A stretch of 64,000 nt of DNA from Neocallimastix sp. 'constans' (GCA_050613775.1 JBODTK010000109.1:186001-250000), one strand, 5' to 3'. Shown: positions 26,291-39,508, counted from the first letter of the stretch. A program made the numbers and translations. The notes: generated by a model from the letters alone, not told the origin.

Positions 26291-27577
26291 ATGTTTAACA
26301 GAGGAGGAATGCCAGGAAGAGGCGGTATGTTTGGAGGTATGGGAAGAGGTGGTATGCAAGGAGGTATGGGAAGAGGTGGTATGCAAGGAGGTATGGGAAG
26401 AGGTGGTATGTTTGGAGGTATGGGAAGAGGTGGTATGCAAGGTGGTATGGGAAGAGGTGGTATGATGGGAGGTCGTGGAAGAAGATATAATGTTCATATG
26501 AATAGATGGAATGGTCAAAATTTTAATAGTAACCAAAATTTCCATTTTGCTGTCGAACAAAAGATTAAAGAAAAAAATTTATGGAATAGAGATCTTGATG
26601 GTTTCTATCGTTCAAGAGGTGGTGATCAATTCGTTAGATCTACTCTTACTGGTAATAAAAAAGCACTTTTCATTGGTATTAACTATACCGGTACTCAAGC
26701 TGAACTTAAAGGATGTATTAATGATGTCAGAAATATTTCTCAATTAGTTTGTCAGAAATACGGCTTCCAAAATTGTTTATATTTAACTGATGAACAACAA
26801 GATCAAGATAAGAAACCTACTTATAACAACATTATTGAAGCTATGAAATGGCTTGTTCAAGGTGCCCAACCAAACGATTCCTTATTCTTCCATTATAGTG
26901 GTCATGGTGGTACATGCAGAGATGAAAATGATAGTGATGAGATTGATAGTTTTGATGAAACAATTATTCCTTTAGATTATCAAACTGCTGGTCAAATTGT
27001 TGATGACGTTATTTATGAAAACTTAGTTCAACCATTACCACAGGGTTGTAGATTAACTGCTGTTTTCGATTCTTGTCACTCTGGTACTGTTTTAGATCTT
27101 CCATACACTTATCAATGTGATGGTAATGTTGAAGTTATTGAAAATGATGTTCGTAAAGAAATTTTCAAAAAGGCTCTTGGTATTGTTGGTAGTTTCATTC
27201 AAGGTGATCAAGCAGCAATTGCTAGTTCATTACTTGGTCTTTTTGATGGTTCTATTGATTTTTCACAATTATTTGGTGGTAAAAATAATTCTTCTCAAGC
27301 AAATCAAAACGCTGTTAATAAAAGAAAACATAACGCTGATGTTATTCAATTTTCTGGTTGTATGGATAATCAAACTTCAGCTGATGCAAAGATTAATAAT
27401 GTTTCTACTGGTGCTATGTCCTATGCTCTTGTAACTGTTTTAGGTCAAAATCAAAACATATCTTATACTCAATTATTAACTCAAATTAGACAAATTATGA
27501 AACAAAAGAACTTCAGACAAATTCCACAACTTTCTACTTCTCATCCAATGAATATGAATGAATCATTCAATATGTAG
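26291..27577 (+). CDS. MCA1: Type I metacaspase, copy 3, (GGMGRGGM[Q/F])-repeat RGG N-terminus, intronless
   Basis: HYSGHG, DSCHSG and FSGCMDNQTSADA are present; 27-nt coding repeats at the 5' end. Confidence 0.96.
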   Translation: MFNRGGMPGRGGMFGGMGRGGMQGGMGRGGMQGGMGRGGMFGGMGRGGMQGGMGRGGMMGGRGRRYNVHMNRWNGQNFNSNQNFHFAVEQKIKEKNLWNRDLDGFYRSRGGDQFVRSTLTGNKKALFIGINYTGTQAELKGCINDVRNISQLVCQKYGFQNCLYLTDEQQDQDKKPTYNNIIEAMKWLVQGAQPNDSLFFHYSGHGGTCRDENDSDEIDSFDETIIPLDYQTAGQIVDDVIYENLVQPLPQGCRLTAVFDSCHSGTVLDLPYTYQCDGNVEVIENDVRKEIFKKALGIVGSFIQGDQAAIASSLLGLFDGSIDFSQLFGGKNNSSQANQNAVNKRKHNADVIQFSGCMDNQTSADAKINNVSTGAMSYALVTVLGQNQNISYTQLLTQIRQIMKQKNFRQIPQLSTSHPMNMNESFNM

Positions 27578-28503
27578 ATTAATTAGAAAAAAAAATATTC
27601 GTATATACATTTAATTTGTAATAAAATAATAAAAATTGAACATTTTAAATAGTAAACAAATTACTTTTTTAAAAATAAAATAAAAACCAACAAGTTAATA
27701 AACAAAACAAACAGCAATAACAAAAAAAAATTTTTTTTGAAAATAATATAAAAATAAAAATTATGAATAATGGATAATAAATATAAAAAAAAAAAAAAAA
27801 AAATCTATATGTTTAATTATTTAATTATTATTATAGGATAATTATAATAACAATTTTTTTTTTTATTTATTTATTTTTGATTAATCTAAAGATTTACAAT
27901 TTTAAATCAAATGAATAAACTTATATTTAAAAATAACATAAATTATTATATGATGCATAAATTATTTTTGTACAAATTATCATAAATATTTATAATGTAC
28001 AAAATCTATTTAACGTATATCATATTTTATGAACAAATGATTAATCATTCTATTTCATAATAAAAAAAAAAAATATCAATAATAATAAAAATTAAATGTA
28101 TATATTTATAATTAAAAATAATAATAATAATAATATAATTATATATATATAATCAATAAAAATTTTAAATATAAAATATATATATGTATATTTATATATC
28201 AGTAATATATATTATTATTTATTTTAGTATTGTGATTAAAAGATATGATTAATCATTATTTAAGGAAATATTATGACAATAATAATAGAATATTTGTTTT
28301 ATTTGGAATTTTTAAAAATAGTATGTTATAAAGGAAAATAATATTATAATATTTATTATTAAATAAGTTATCATTTTTATATTTGTAATATTATAAAAAT
28401 ATATCTAATATATTTGAAAATTTTGACATTATTTTAACAAAGATGAATAAAACATTGCTATTATAGAATATTCAAAAACAATAAATAACAGCAGCAACAA
28501 CAA

Positions 28504-28537
<34 letters not shown>

Positions 28538-28728
28538 AAGGAAATTATGTAAATGTGGATGATAGATGTTATTCTATATATTTTTTTTTATTTATTACCT
28601 TGCTGTATATATCTTTTCTTTTATTTATTTTTTTATTTATATTCTTATTTTTATGTTGATTTTTACTTTTTATTTTTATTTTTACTTTTTATTTTTATTT
28701 TTATTATTATTTTTTTTTTTTTTTTGAA

Positions 28729-28762
<34 letters not shown>

Positions 28763-29983
28763 GAATATTTTTTTTTCTTTTATTTTTATTTTTTTTATTT
28801 ATTTTCTTGAAATTTTATCGTATTTTTTCTATACGTTTTATTTTATTTTTATTATTAAATAAATATTTATCAATATTTGTATATAATAATTAGGATTGTG
28901 ACATCTTAAAATATTTTTTTTTTTTTATTTTAAAATTATATATAATAATAATAATGCAATAATAATAATGATTTCAATAATATTTTTTAAATAATACTAC
29001 TTACAATATATATTTTTTTATTTATTTATCTTAATTTTTTTTTTATTTTCAATTATTAATTATAATTATCAAAAGGCAAATATATCAATTATTGATAATA
29101 TAATAAAATACAATTATTAATATAGAAATATATATAATATATAATAGTAATATAATAATATATTATAACAATTTTTTTATCCATTTTTTTAAATCTTGAA
29201 TTATTTAGTAAATTAAATTATTAAATTATAATATGTGTATAAAAATGGCTAATTCAATGATTTATATATATTATTAATTAAATGGATGATATATTGTTAA
29301 ATTTTTTAAAAAAAAAAAAAATATTGTAAATTGTAGCATAAACGGTCCATTTATTTAATATATATAAAAAATATATATACTCAGTATATTAATTAATAAA
29401 TTTTGTGAACCAATATATTTAAGGTTTATCTCATTACTTTTAACGAATTAATATATTTTTTATAATATAAAGTTCTTAGTTTATATTCTATAAATTTTAA
29501 TTTATTATAAAATATATTGAATTAAACTTGCTTAATATATAAATAGCCTGTTTAAATATAATTTTTTATTACTACTTGTAAAATATTATATTAAAGAAAT
29601 TCTAAAGTAAATAAATAAATAAAAATATTAAGTAGTAAATTATTATTTATTAAATAAATTATTACTAAGCTATTTTTTTTTATATTTATTTATATATATC
29701 ATATTAATATAAATCAATAAATATAAATTTATTAATTATTTATTTGCTAATGATTGTATGATAAAAATAATTCCTAATTAGGTAATTATAATAATTAAAA
29801 TAAATAAATAAATATAAAATGAATTTTATTCTTTTTATTTATTATTTTATTATAACTTTTTTTTTTTTTTTTTTGAATAAATAACTTTTAAACCTTCTTT
29901 ATATATATATATTTATTTTTTCGTAAATTAGTCAAATCTTAGGGATTTACTCAAGAAGTTAATATTTTGAAGACACTTTCTAT

Positions 29984-29994
29984 AAGGTTAATAT
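29984..29994 (+). promoter_or_regulatory. AAGGTTAATAT motif upstream of metacaspase 4
   Basis: Same 11-mer as upstream of the other three copies. Confidence 0.4.
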
Positions 29995-30525
29995 TACAAA
30001 ATATGAAAATATATAGTAAAAAAATTTATAATAAAAAGGAAACAATTAAATAAAATGAATATATGAAAAATAAAAAAAAAAAAGTGAAAATGAAAGTAAT
30101 AATATTAAGTAAAAATTTAAAATAAAAGTATAAATGAAATTTATAAATAAAATAAAATGAAATTAAAAGTAGATATATTATTGTAGTAGAATTAGTAAAA
30201 GGATAAAATAAAATAAAATAAATTATGATAAAATTTTAAAAGATTAAAGGATTTTTGAATTTTAATTTATGTTGCCAAGAAAACATAACAAATAATTATG
30301 TTAAATAAATATTAATAATAGATATAATAATTGGATAATGAGTAATAAAAAATTAATAAAAAATTTAATAGTAAAAGCAAATATTATACTATAATATTTT
30401 ATAATTTAATCCAAATATGTATATAATATTTTATAATTTAATCCAAATATATAATATTATTAATATATATAATAATATAAATTATTTGAATATTCTATAA
30501 ATAATTAGGTATTTTAATATAAAAG

Positions 30526-31737
30526 ATGAACAATTTCCAACAATTTATACAACAAGGTTTCCAAAATATTCAAGAACAAGTTCAAAATGGAAACCTTCAA
30601 AACATAATTCAATCTAGTATTGAATCTATTAATAGCATGCAAAGTAACCAAAATCAAAGCGAACGTGATAGAAAAAGATACGATATTAATATAAATACAT
30701 GGGATAGTCAAAACGAAGTCTTTAGTAGAGCTGTTGACCAAAAAATTAGAGAACAAAATTTATGGAATAGTGATCTTGATGGTTTCTATCGTTCAAGAGG
30801 TGGTGAAGAATTTGTGAGATCCGCCTGTAATGGTAATAAGAAGGCCCTATTTATTGGTATTAATTATACTGGTACTCAAGCTGAACTTAAGGGTTGTATT
30901 AATGATGTTAGAAACATTTCTGAATTAGTTTGTAGAAGATTTGGTTTCCAAAATTGTTTATATTTAACTGATGAACAACAAGATCCAGAAAAGAAACCAA
31001 CTTATGATAACATTATTGAAGGTATGAAATGGCTTGTTCAAGGTGCCCAACCAAACGATTCCTTATTCTTCCATTACAGTGGTCATGGTGGTACAGCCAA
31101 GGATTCTCAAAATGATGAAATTGATGGTTTCGATGAAACCATTTTACCATTAGATTATGCTAAAAATGGTCAAATTATTGATGATGTTATATATGAAAAC
31201 TTAGTTCAGCCATTACCAAAGGGTTGTAGATTAACTGCTATTTTCGATTCTTGTCACTCTGGTACTGTTTTAGATCTTCCATACACTTATCAATGTGATG
31301 GTAATGTTGAAGTTATTGAAAATGATATGCGTAAACAAATTTTCAAGAAGGCTTTTGGTATTGTTGGTAGTTTCATTCAAGGTGATCAAGCAGCTATTGC
31401 TAGTTCATTACTTGGACTTTTCGATGGTTCTATTAGCTTTGGTAATCAAAATAAATTAAACCAACAACAAGTTGTTCAAAAGAGAAAACACGATGCTGAT
31501 GTCATTCAATTCTCTGGTTGTAGAGATAATCAAACTTCTGCTGATGCTAAAATTAACAATGTATCTACTGGTGCTATGTCTTATGCCATTTCTACTGTTT
31601 TAAATCAAAACCAAAATATTAGTTACACTCAATTATTAACTCAAATTAGACAAATTATGAAACAAAAGAACTTCAAACAAATCCCACAACTTTCCACTTC
31701 TCATCCAATGAACATGAACGAACAATTTATTATGTAA
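30526..31737 (+). CDS. MCA1: Type I metacaspase, copy 4, Q/N-rich N-terminus, intronless
   Basis: HYSGHG, DSCHSG and FSGCRDNQTSADA are present; N-terminus aligns with that of copy 1. Confidence 0.96.
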   Translation: MNNFQQFIQQGFQNIQEQVQNGNLQNIIQSSIESINSMQSNQNQSERDRKRYDININTWDSQNEVFSRAVDQKIREQNLWNSDLDGFYRSRGGEEFVRSACNGNKKALFIGINYTGTQAELKGCINDVRNISELVCRRFGFQNCLYLTDEQQDPEKKPTYDNIIEGMKWLVQGAQPNDSLFFHYSGHGGTAKDSQNDEIDGFDETILPLDYAKNGQIIDDVIYENLVQPLPKGCRLTAIFDSCHSGTVLDLPYTYQCDGNVEVIENDMRKQIFKKAFGIVGSFIQGDQAAIASSLLGLFDGSISFGNQNKLNQQQVVQKRKHDADVIQFSGCRDNQTSADAKINNVSTGAMSYAISTVLNQNQNISYTQLLTQIRQIMKQKNFKQIPQLSTSHPMNMNEQFIM

Positions 31738-32171
31738 GAAGTATGAAAATTTAAAAAAAAAAAAAAAAAATCAAAATCAAAATTTAAAATTTTTTTTTTC
31801 CAAAATATATTTATACAATGTATAAATAAAAATAAATTAAAATATGAGAAGGTTAATATTATTATTAAAATAATAATAATAATAGTAATAGCTTTTAAAA
31901 AAAAAAAATAAAAAAATAAAAAAATTATTAAAAAAAAAATGATTTATAAATTTATTCATTAAAAAAAAAAAAAAAAATATAAATATATAATAATCATATT
32001 TTATTATAAATCCTAATCATAATTTATTATATGAAAATAAATTCATATATATATAAATCATATATTTATAAAATCATTAATAAAAAATGTAATAAAAGAA
32101 AATAAAATTTAAATTTTTGTATTTTTTATTTTTATCTCCGTTATATTTTAATTTGTGTATCTTTTAATCTA

Positions 32172-32295
<124 letters not shown>

Positions 32296-33149
32296 TCAAT
32301 AATAATATTATTTAAAATATAGTTTTTATTTATATACAAATTAGTTATTTATTGAATATATAAATATATATTATTTATTTACTTATTTATTTAGTTAGTT
32401 AGTTAATTAGTTTGTTTGTTAGATTGTTAGCTATTTACTTTTATTATTTTTTTACTTATTTTATTAATTATAGTAGTAGTTATTTAAGTTTTATTAAAAT
32501 TATCATATAATTTGTATAAAATATTAATGTAACAATTAAATTTCAATATAAAACATATACAGTAACATAAAATAATTATGCTGATTATTTTTTAATCCAC
32601 CTCAATTTATAAAATATTTTTTTTTTTTTGATTAAATGACTCATAGTTGAGTAATGGATTGATCGGAAAAAATAAATATAAATATTTCAAATAAAATAGT
32701 TATAATAAAATTTTTTTATTGGCTAATAAATTTTTTTTTTTTTTTTTTATTAAGAATATATAATGTATAAAAATATAAAGAAAATAAAATAAAGAAATGA
32801 TTAGTTAATTAATGATAAAATTTTTTCTGTTATTATAATTTTTTGAAATTATTTATACTATGAAATAGTTTTTTACATAATTTTTACTTTGATAGTTATT
32901 GTCATTATTTATTTATTTATTTATTTATTTATTAAAATTGTTTATTGACAAAATTTTATTATTAATAATAATTAATGTAAATTATAATTTTAATTATTAT
33001 TATTATTATCATTATTATTATTATTATTATTATTATTGCTATTTATATTTTTAAATTTTTATTTTAATTAAAATTATTATATATATATATATTTTATTAA
33101 TTCTATATATAAATAATTATTAAAAATTTTATATATAATTAATTTAAAC

Positions 33150-34600
33150 AATATTGATAAGGCAATCTTTAATTTCAGTTATAGACAATTTATAGAATCT
33201 TGGTACAGTATCATTATTACTGAAGAAATTAGTAGCAATCTTCCATTTGATTAAACATCAATTTTAACCGTATTTTCTGTTATTTGTTCTTCATTATCTT
33301 CTTTTGATATTATAATTACTTAATAAATAGCATCTTCTAATTCAAAGTTTTCATTAAATACTTATATTCAATTAATTAATTTTTTAATTTATATTCAATT
33401 TTTATACCAAAAAAAAAAAAAAAAAAAAAAAATTGATAATTAGAAAAATAATATTATATTAAATCAGTATTTTGTATATACATATACAATTGTTATAAAA
33501 TTATTTATAAAAATTTTTTAAAACTATATAATTTTTTTTTTACCTTTTTTTTCTAAGAACGTTTTAACACTAATCAAAATTTTTCTCAATAGCAGCAACT
33601 CTCCGTGGCCAAAATGGACCAGAAGAATCAACTGGGTATAAAAATGGACCAGTTATATCATAATTAATAATGAAATTCTAAACAACCTTTAATTAACTGG
33701 TATATATTCTTATTATTTTTTAAAGCTTCACTAATACGAGCATAAGGTTTCATAATAAAATAAACTATACCATTATCTTGTGATAAGTGAAAAAATTTCA
33801 TGGACAAGAGTAGGGAGATTCTTTTTTCTTTTTTTTTGTTACAATTAGTATATCATTAGTTACTGAATAATATTTATATTAATTTTATTACTTCCTTAAA
33901 CTTATAAATATTTAATTTTTTTTTTCTTTCTAATATTTAACTTTGAATTTCTTATTAATAGCAAAAAATAATATTTTTATACCAAAACTCTAAATAACCT
34001 TTAAAATAAATTTAATTAAAATAACTAAATTTTCATTTGAATATTTTATTTTTTGATTAGCTAAAAATATTCTTAATAAGTTAATTTTTAATTGTTCATA
34101 AACTAAAATAATTATGAATAATTTTAATATAAAATTGGATATTGTTTTTTTTTTTTTTTTTTGAAATCTATTTTCCTATAAATTATAATATAATAATAAT
34201 AATTACTATTTCAATAATTATGTCATAGACTATTACGCTTTATAAATTCATTTATTTATTAATTTTTTTTTTTTTGATTGCTAAATTCCTAATTTAAAAA
34301 TTTAATCATTAGGATAATTTGTTCATAATCAGATTTTGATTTATTTATTATTTTTTTTTTTTGATTAATAAATAATTTTATTGAAATACAGAATTTTTTT
34401 TTTTTTTTTTTTTTTTTTAAACTGAGAAATAATGAATAATTTTTATGTTCCTATAATTCATTATATCATCATTTAACAAAGTATTTGATGGTTATCTTTA
34501 ATACTAATATTTATAACGTCTTGCTTTATAGCATTAAGAACATATTCAATTTGATCTAATTTACCAGAAAGAAATGAAAAAGTGATTAAAGAGAATAAAT
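33150..34600 (-). pseudogene. PRE8: Decayed 20S proteasome alpha-2 subunit (PRE8/PSMA2) pseudogene
   Basis: Minus-strand fragments in the correct order: SLITFSFLSGKLDQIEYVLNAIKQ (about 34590-34520), GPFLYPVDSSGPFWPRRVAAIEKN and VKTFLEK (about 33650-33545, followed by a GT donor), FNENFELEDAIY*VIIISKEDNEEQITEN and PRFYKLSITEIKDCL (about 33360-33155). Contains stops and frameshifts. Confidence 0.85.
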
Positions 34601-34613
34601 TCCAATTACTAAT

Positions 34614-34938
34614 TTATTTTAAATTATTCTATAATAATATGAAATAAAATATTATAAAAAATTTTTTTCTGTTTTTTTATATTAAGTATTTTACATAATT
34701 ACCAAATACAAAATAGAAAAGTTATTTTAAATTATTCTATAATAATATGAAATAAAATATTATAAAAATTTTTTTCTGTTTTTTTTATTAAGTATTTTAC
34801 ATAATTACCAAATACAAAATAGAAAAGTTATTTTAAATTATTCTATATAATAATATGAAATAAAATATTATAAAAATTTTTTTTCTGTTTTTTTATATTA
34901 AGTATTTTACATAATTACCAAATACAAAATAGAAAAGT
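34614..34938. repeat. Tandem triplication of a unit of about 107-110 bp
   Basis: TTATTTTAAATTATTCTATAATAATATGAAAT...TTACCAAATACAAAATAGAAAAG occurs three times, differing only by small indels. Confidence 0.92.
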
Positions 34939-35401
34939 AATAAAAAATATATAAATATAAAAAAATGAAATTAAAATTAGATAAATATTTCCTTTTAATT
35001 ATTTTTAAATTATATTGTATATTTTTATCTAAAATTTTGAAACTTTCAACAATTATATAAAATTAAAATTATAATATATATATATAATATATATTTTTTA
35101 TTGTAATAATTTTATTAGATTTTTTTAATAATAAAAATCGTTTAAAAAAAAATATTTTTATTTATTATAATTATTATTTAATTATTATTAATAATTTAAT
35201 AATTTTTGAAAATATTTAATTTCAATTGATAAAAATAAATATTAATTATTAATAACAATATATTTATCATTTTAGATAATAATTACATTATAGTTATCAT
35301 TATACCTATATATAATCAATTTTTTGTATATTTATAAAACAATTACATGACTTTTCTATGGAAAGAAAAGAATAAACTTTTTTTTTTATCTAAAAAAAGT
35401 A

Positions 35402-35446
<45 letters not shown>

Positions 35447-35759
35447 TTATCTATTAACTAACATCTTAATATTATATAGAAATAATAATATTATTATTTA
35501 TGAATTATATTTAAACAATTGATAGATATATATTATTATTTTTTTTTTTTTTTTTTTTTTTTTTGCATCTTTTGAAGACTAACAATATTAATTATAATTA
35601 TATATATATTAACAATATAATAATAATGATTTAGTTTCTTCATATTTATGTAATTTTAAAATTCAAAAAAAAAATTTTTTTATAAATTATCTTTATTTAT
35701 TTATTTCTAAAAATAAAATATTAATAGTAGCCTCTTATATATATATATATACATATATA

Positions 35760-35798
<39 letters not shown>

Positions 35799-35833
35799 AA
35801 TATTAATAGTAAATAGAGTAAAAATTTAATTTT

Positions 35834-36193
35834 TTAAAATTGATTTAATTTATGCCCTTCCTTTTTTTCTTTCTAATATATTATGTACTGGCTCAATAAT
35901 AGTTTCAAGAAAGCCTGGTTGTCTCTATTTAATTATTTAATTATTTAATATATTAAATAATAAATTTTATTAAATAATAGAATAAATTTAATAATAATAA
36001 TAAAAAAAAAAAAAAAAAAAAAAAAAATTTTTTTTTTGCATAGTTTATAAAAAAAAAAAAAAATTGTATTAAAATACCATTTCTATATCAGTAAATAAAA
36101 GTTTTGCTTTATCAATATATTCAGTATATTGACTTCCATACTGACTTTTCATCTATTATTTATTTAATACAATATTTAATATAAATAATTTAA

Positions 36194-36230
<37 letters not shown>

Positions 36231-36932
36231 ATTTCATAAACTGTTTCGATGCTATTTAAAATTTCAATATCTGGTTGAGCATTCACTGGTCTTTTTCTTA
36301 TTGTTGGAAAATCATCCTCACATTCTTTCATGTACGACTTATCATTATCTTTAACTTCAACTACTTTATTATTATTAACCTGATTTTTTTTATAAGTATT
36401 AGAAATATTCATTAATTTCGATTTTTCTACTAATTCATCAATGTTATCTTTATCACTTTTTTTTTTAGTTGTACTATTATCATTATCATTAGATGAATTG
36501 TTCTTTACTATAACAGAACTATTCTTTTCAATAAATGTTCCATATTCATTATTAGGAGCTTGTGAATTAACTGTACTTAAGAAATTAAAGTTTCCATCAT
36601 GTTGAGGACTATTTGGAAATTCATTATTGGTATTTTTTTTTATAGTTTGTTTAACAGTATCATTTCCGTAGTACCAACCATTAGTTGTATTTGTTTTATT
36701 CATTATTGAATTAACTGTATACATCTCCTCTCTTCATAAATATTAAATATATATATAATAACATTATTAAATATTTTAATTAATTAAAATATATTTAAAT
36801 ATTAAGAATATTAAATAATATTATAAATTAAATAACTTTTTTTTTTTTTTTTTTTTTTTATTATATTCATGAAATATAAAAAATATAAATAAATAATTTT
36901 ATTAAAATCATAATTTATCTTTTTATATTAAT

Positions 36933-36966
<34 letters not shown>

Positions 36967-38505
36967 ACTCCTCGTCAATATTTTCAACACTACCATTTCT
37001 TTCACTATCCTCTAATTGCCATCTATTCATTCTTTCAATTAATTCTGTTAAATATGATGTCTTCTTAGCATTTTTAATGAATTTATGACTTAATAATTCT
37101 TTTGCAGTTAAACGCTTTTTTATTTAAATTATTATTTTTATTTTAATCAAAATATAATATTTTAGATTATATATATATATACTTAATTCTTATTTTTTTA
37201 TTTATTTATTTATTTATTATTTTTTTTTATATATAATTATTATTAATATTAATATTAATATTATTATTATTATTATTATAAAATTACTTTTTTGGGATCT
37301 TTTTGTAAACACAATGATATGAAATCTTTAAATGCTTTTGAAAAATTTCCTTCGAGTACAGGAGGTTCTTTTTCTGGAATTAAAAATAAAACTTTCATAG
37401 GATGAATATTATAATATGGTGGTACTCCTTTTGCTAATTCAAATGCTGTAATACCTAAACTCCAAATATCTGCTTTAGAATCATATCCTGATTCTTGAAT
37501 AACTTCTGGTGCCATCCAAAATGGTGTTCCTTTTATATTAATATATAATGTATTAATTTTCTTTTGTATTATTCAATATAAATATAAATATATATAAATT
37601 TTATATATATATATATATATATATTCTTTTTTTTTTTTTTTTTTTTTTTTTATTATTTTTGTTATAAATTTTTTTTCTATTTTTTTCTGTATTGATAATT
37701 ACCAACAAATGTATTTTTTTTAGTCATTGTTGCTGTTAACTGTGATCAATTATTTTAAATTATTAATATATGTATGCATTTTATTTTTTATATAATTTAC
37801 GAGTTAGAATTAATTAAATCTATAATTCAATAAATTGTTTTGATTTATAGTTTACTCAAATAAATGATATTAACCTGTGCTGATACACCAAAATCAGCTA
37901 ATTTAACTTCTCCTAATGAAGTTAATAATACTATTTATTTCAATAATAAATTAATTATATTAACATAATATTATTATTTAAAATATTTATTTTATTATTA
38001 AATTTTATTATAACTTAATAATTTAATTGTTTACTATTAGCTGCTTTGATATCTCTATGAATTTTTCCTTCTCCATGTAAATAATCCAATCCATATAAGA
38101 CTTCTCTTAAAATAATAGCAATAAATATTTCTTCAAAGGGACCTGGTTTAAGCTATCAAAATAAAGTAAATATAACACATAATGAAAACAACAAAAAAAA
38201 AAAAAATAGTGTTTAATTTTTTTTTAATAATTTTTTTTTTTTTTTTTTTTTTTTTTTGAAGAAATAAAATAATTATTTACAAGATCAAGGCATGAACCAC
38301 CCGCACATAATTCAATAATAATCCATAAATAATTATTTTCAACAAAAGATCCAAAATATTTTGTTATATTCTAATGATTTTTTTTTTTTAAATAAAATAA
38401 TATAACAAATATTAATTTTCTTCTAGAAATATATTTATATTTAAATATTTTAAAATAATTACAGAGTGATCCAATTGAGATAAAATTGTTATTTCTTTCT
38501 GTATA

Positions 38506-38545
<40 letters not shown>

Positions 38546-39214
38546 TTTATTTTATTTTATTTTATTTTATTTTAGAAAAAAAAAAGTAATGTAGTTTTTT
38601 TTGTTATTATTTATTAAATATATTAAATTTTATTAATTTAATATATTAATGATTAAATAAATATATATTTACCTTCAATATCATCTTCTGCACTTTCTAA
38701 ATCAATAATTTTTATTGCTACGGGATTTTTTGTTTTCTTTTCATATCCCTTTTATAGATGTTAATTTAATAATTATTTTATATATATATATGTAATATTT
38801 TTAATATTTCAAAAAAAAAATAAAAAGTTTTTGAATTTAAATATATAATTTTTAATAATATGAAAATAATATATCTCTAGACATATTTTATTATCAATTA
38901 TTTCTATTATTTCTATGGCATAAAATTTTATTCATTCATTGATTTTTTCTTCTTTATTTATAAATATATAGATTTTGTGTTCTTAAAATTAATAATAGCT
39001 ATCTGTTATTGTTTATCTCAGAATATTTTATCACGATTTTTTTAATAAAAATTATTTATATAAAATAAAATATATATTTATAATTTTGAATTTGATTAAT
39101 ACCTTATACACTTTTCCAAATGCACCTTTGTTATATTACAAAAAATTAAAAAAAAAAATTATGATTATTAAATTATTATATAAATAACATTATATATATA
39201 TATATATAGATTTA

Positions 39215-39249
<35 letters not shown>

Positions 39250-39508
39250 CTTGTCCTATAACGGATTGTTTAACATAAAGACTTTTTGGATTTGTTGAAC
39301 ATGATTCCTTTTTTTTTTTTTTTTTTTTTTATTTTTAATATTATAATATAGGTTTATATTAATAAAAATATTAAAAAATATGAATATACAATTTAACCTC
39401 GGCATTAATGTATTATAATATATTAATACCGAGGTTATTATTATTTTGGTTTATATATATATATATATATATTATCATGATAATTTATAAAGATTTAATT
39501 TTTACCAT
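35834..39508 (-). CDS. STE20-family GCK-III Ser/Thr kinase (STK24/25/26-, Sid1-like), multi-exon
   Basis: Spliced motifs [79 protein letters not shown] and [10 protein letters not shown]. The start is inferred as a lone ATG|gt at 39508-39506 (phase-compatible); stop TAA at 35836-35834. Confidence 0.92.

Noticed and set aside
38752..39102. Intronic snoRNA in a long kinase intron
   Set aside because: Only degenerate C/D or H/ACA-like words, which are expected by chance at this AT content.
39398..39405. ATGCCGAG as the kinase first coding exon
   Set aside because: Its phase-2 donor puts exon 2 out of frame; the ATG|gt at 39508 fits instead.
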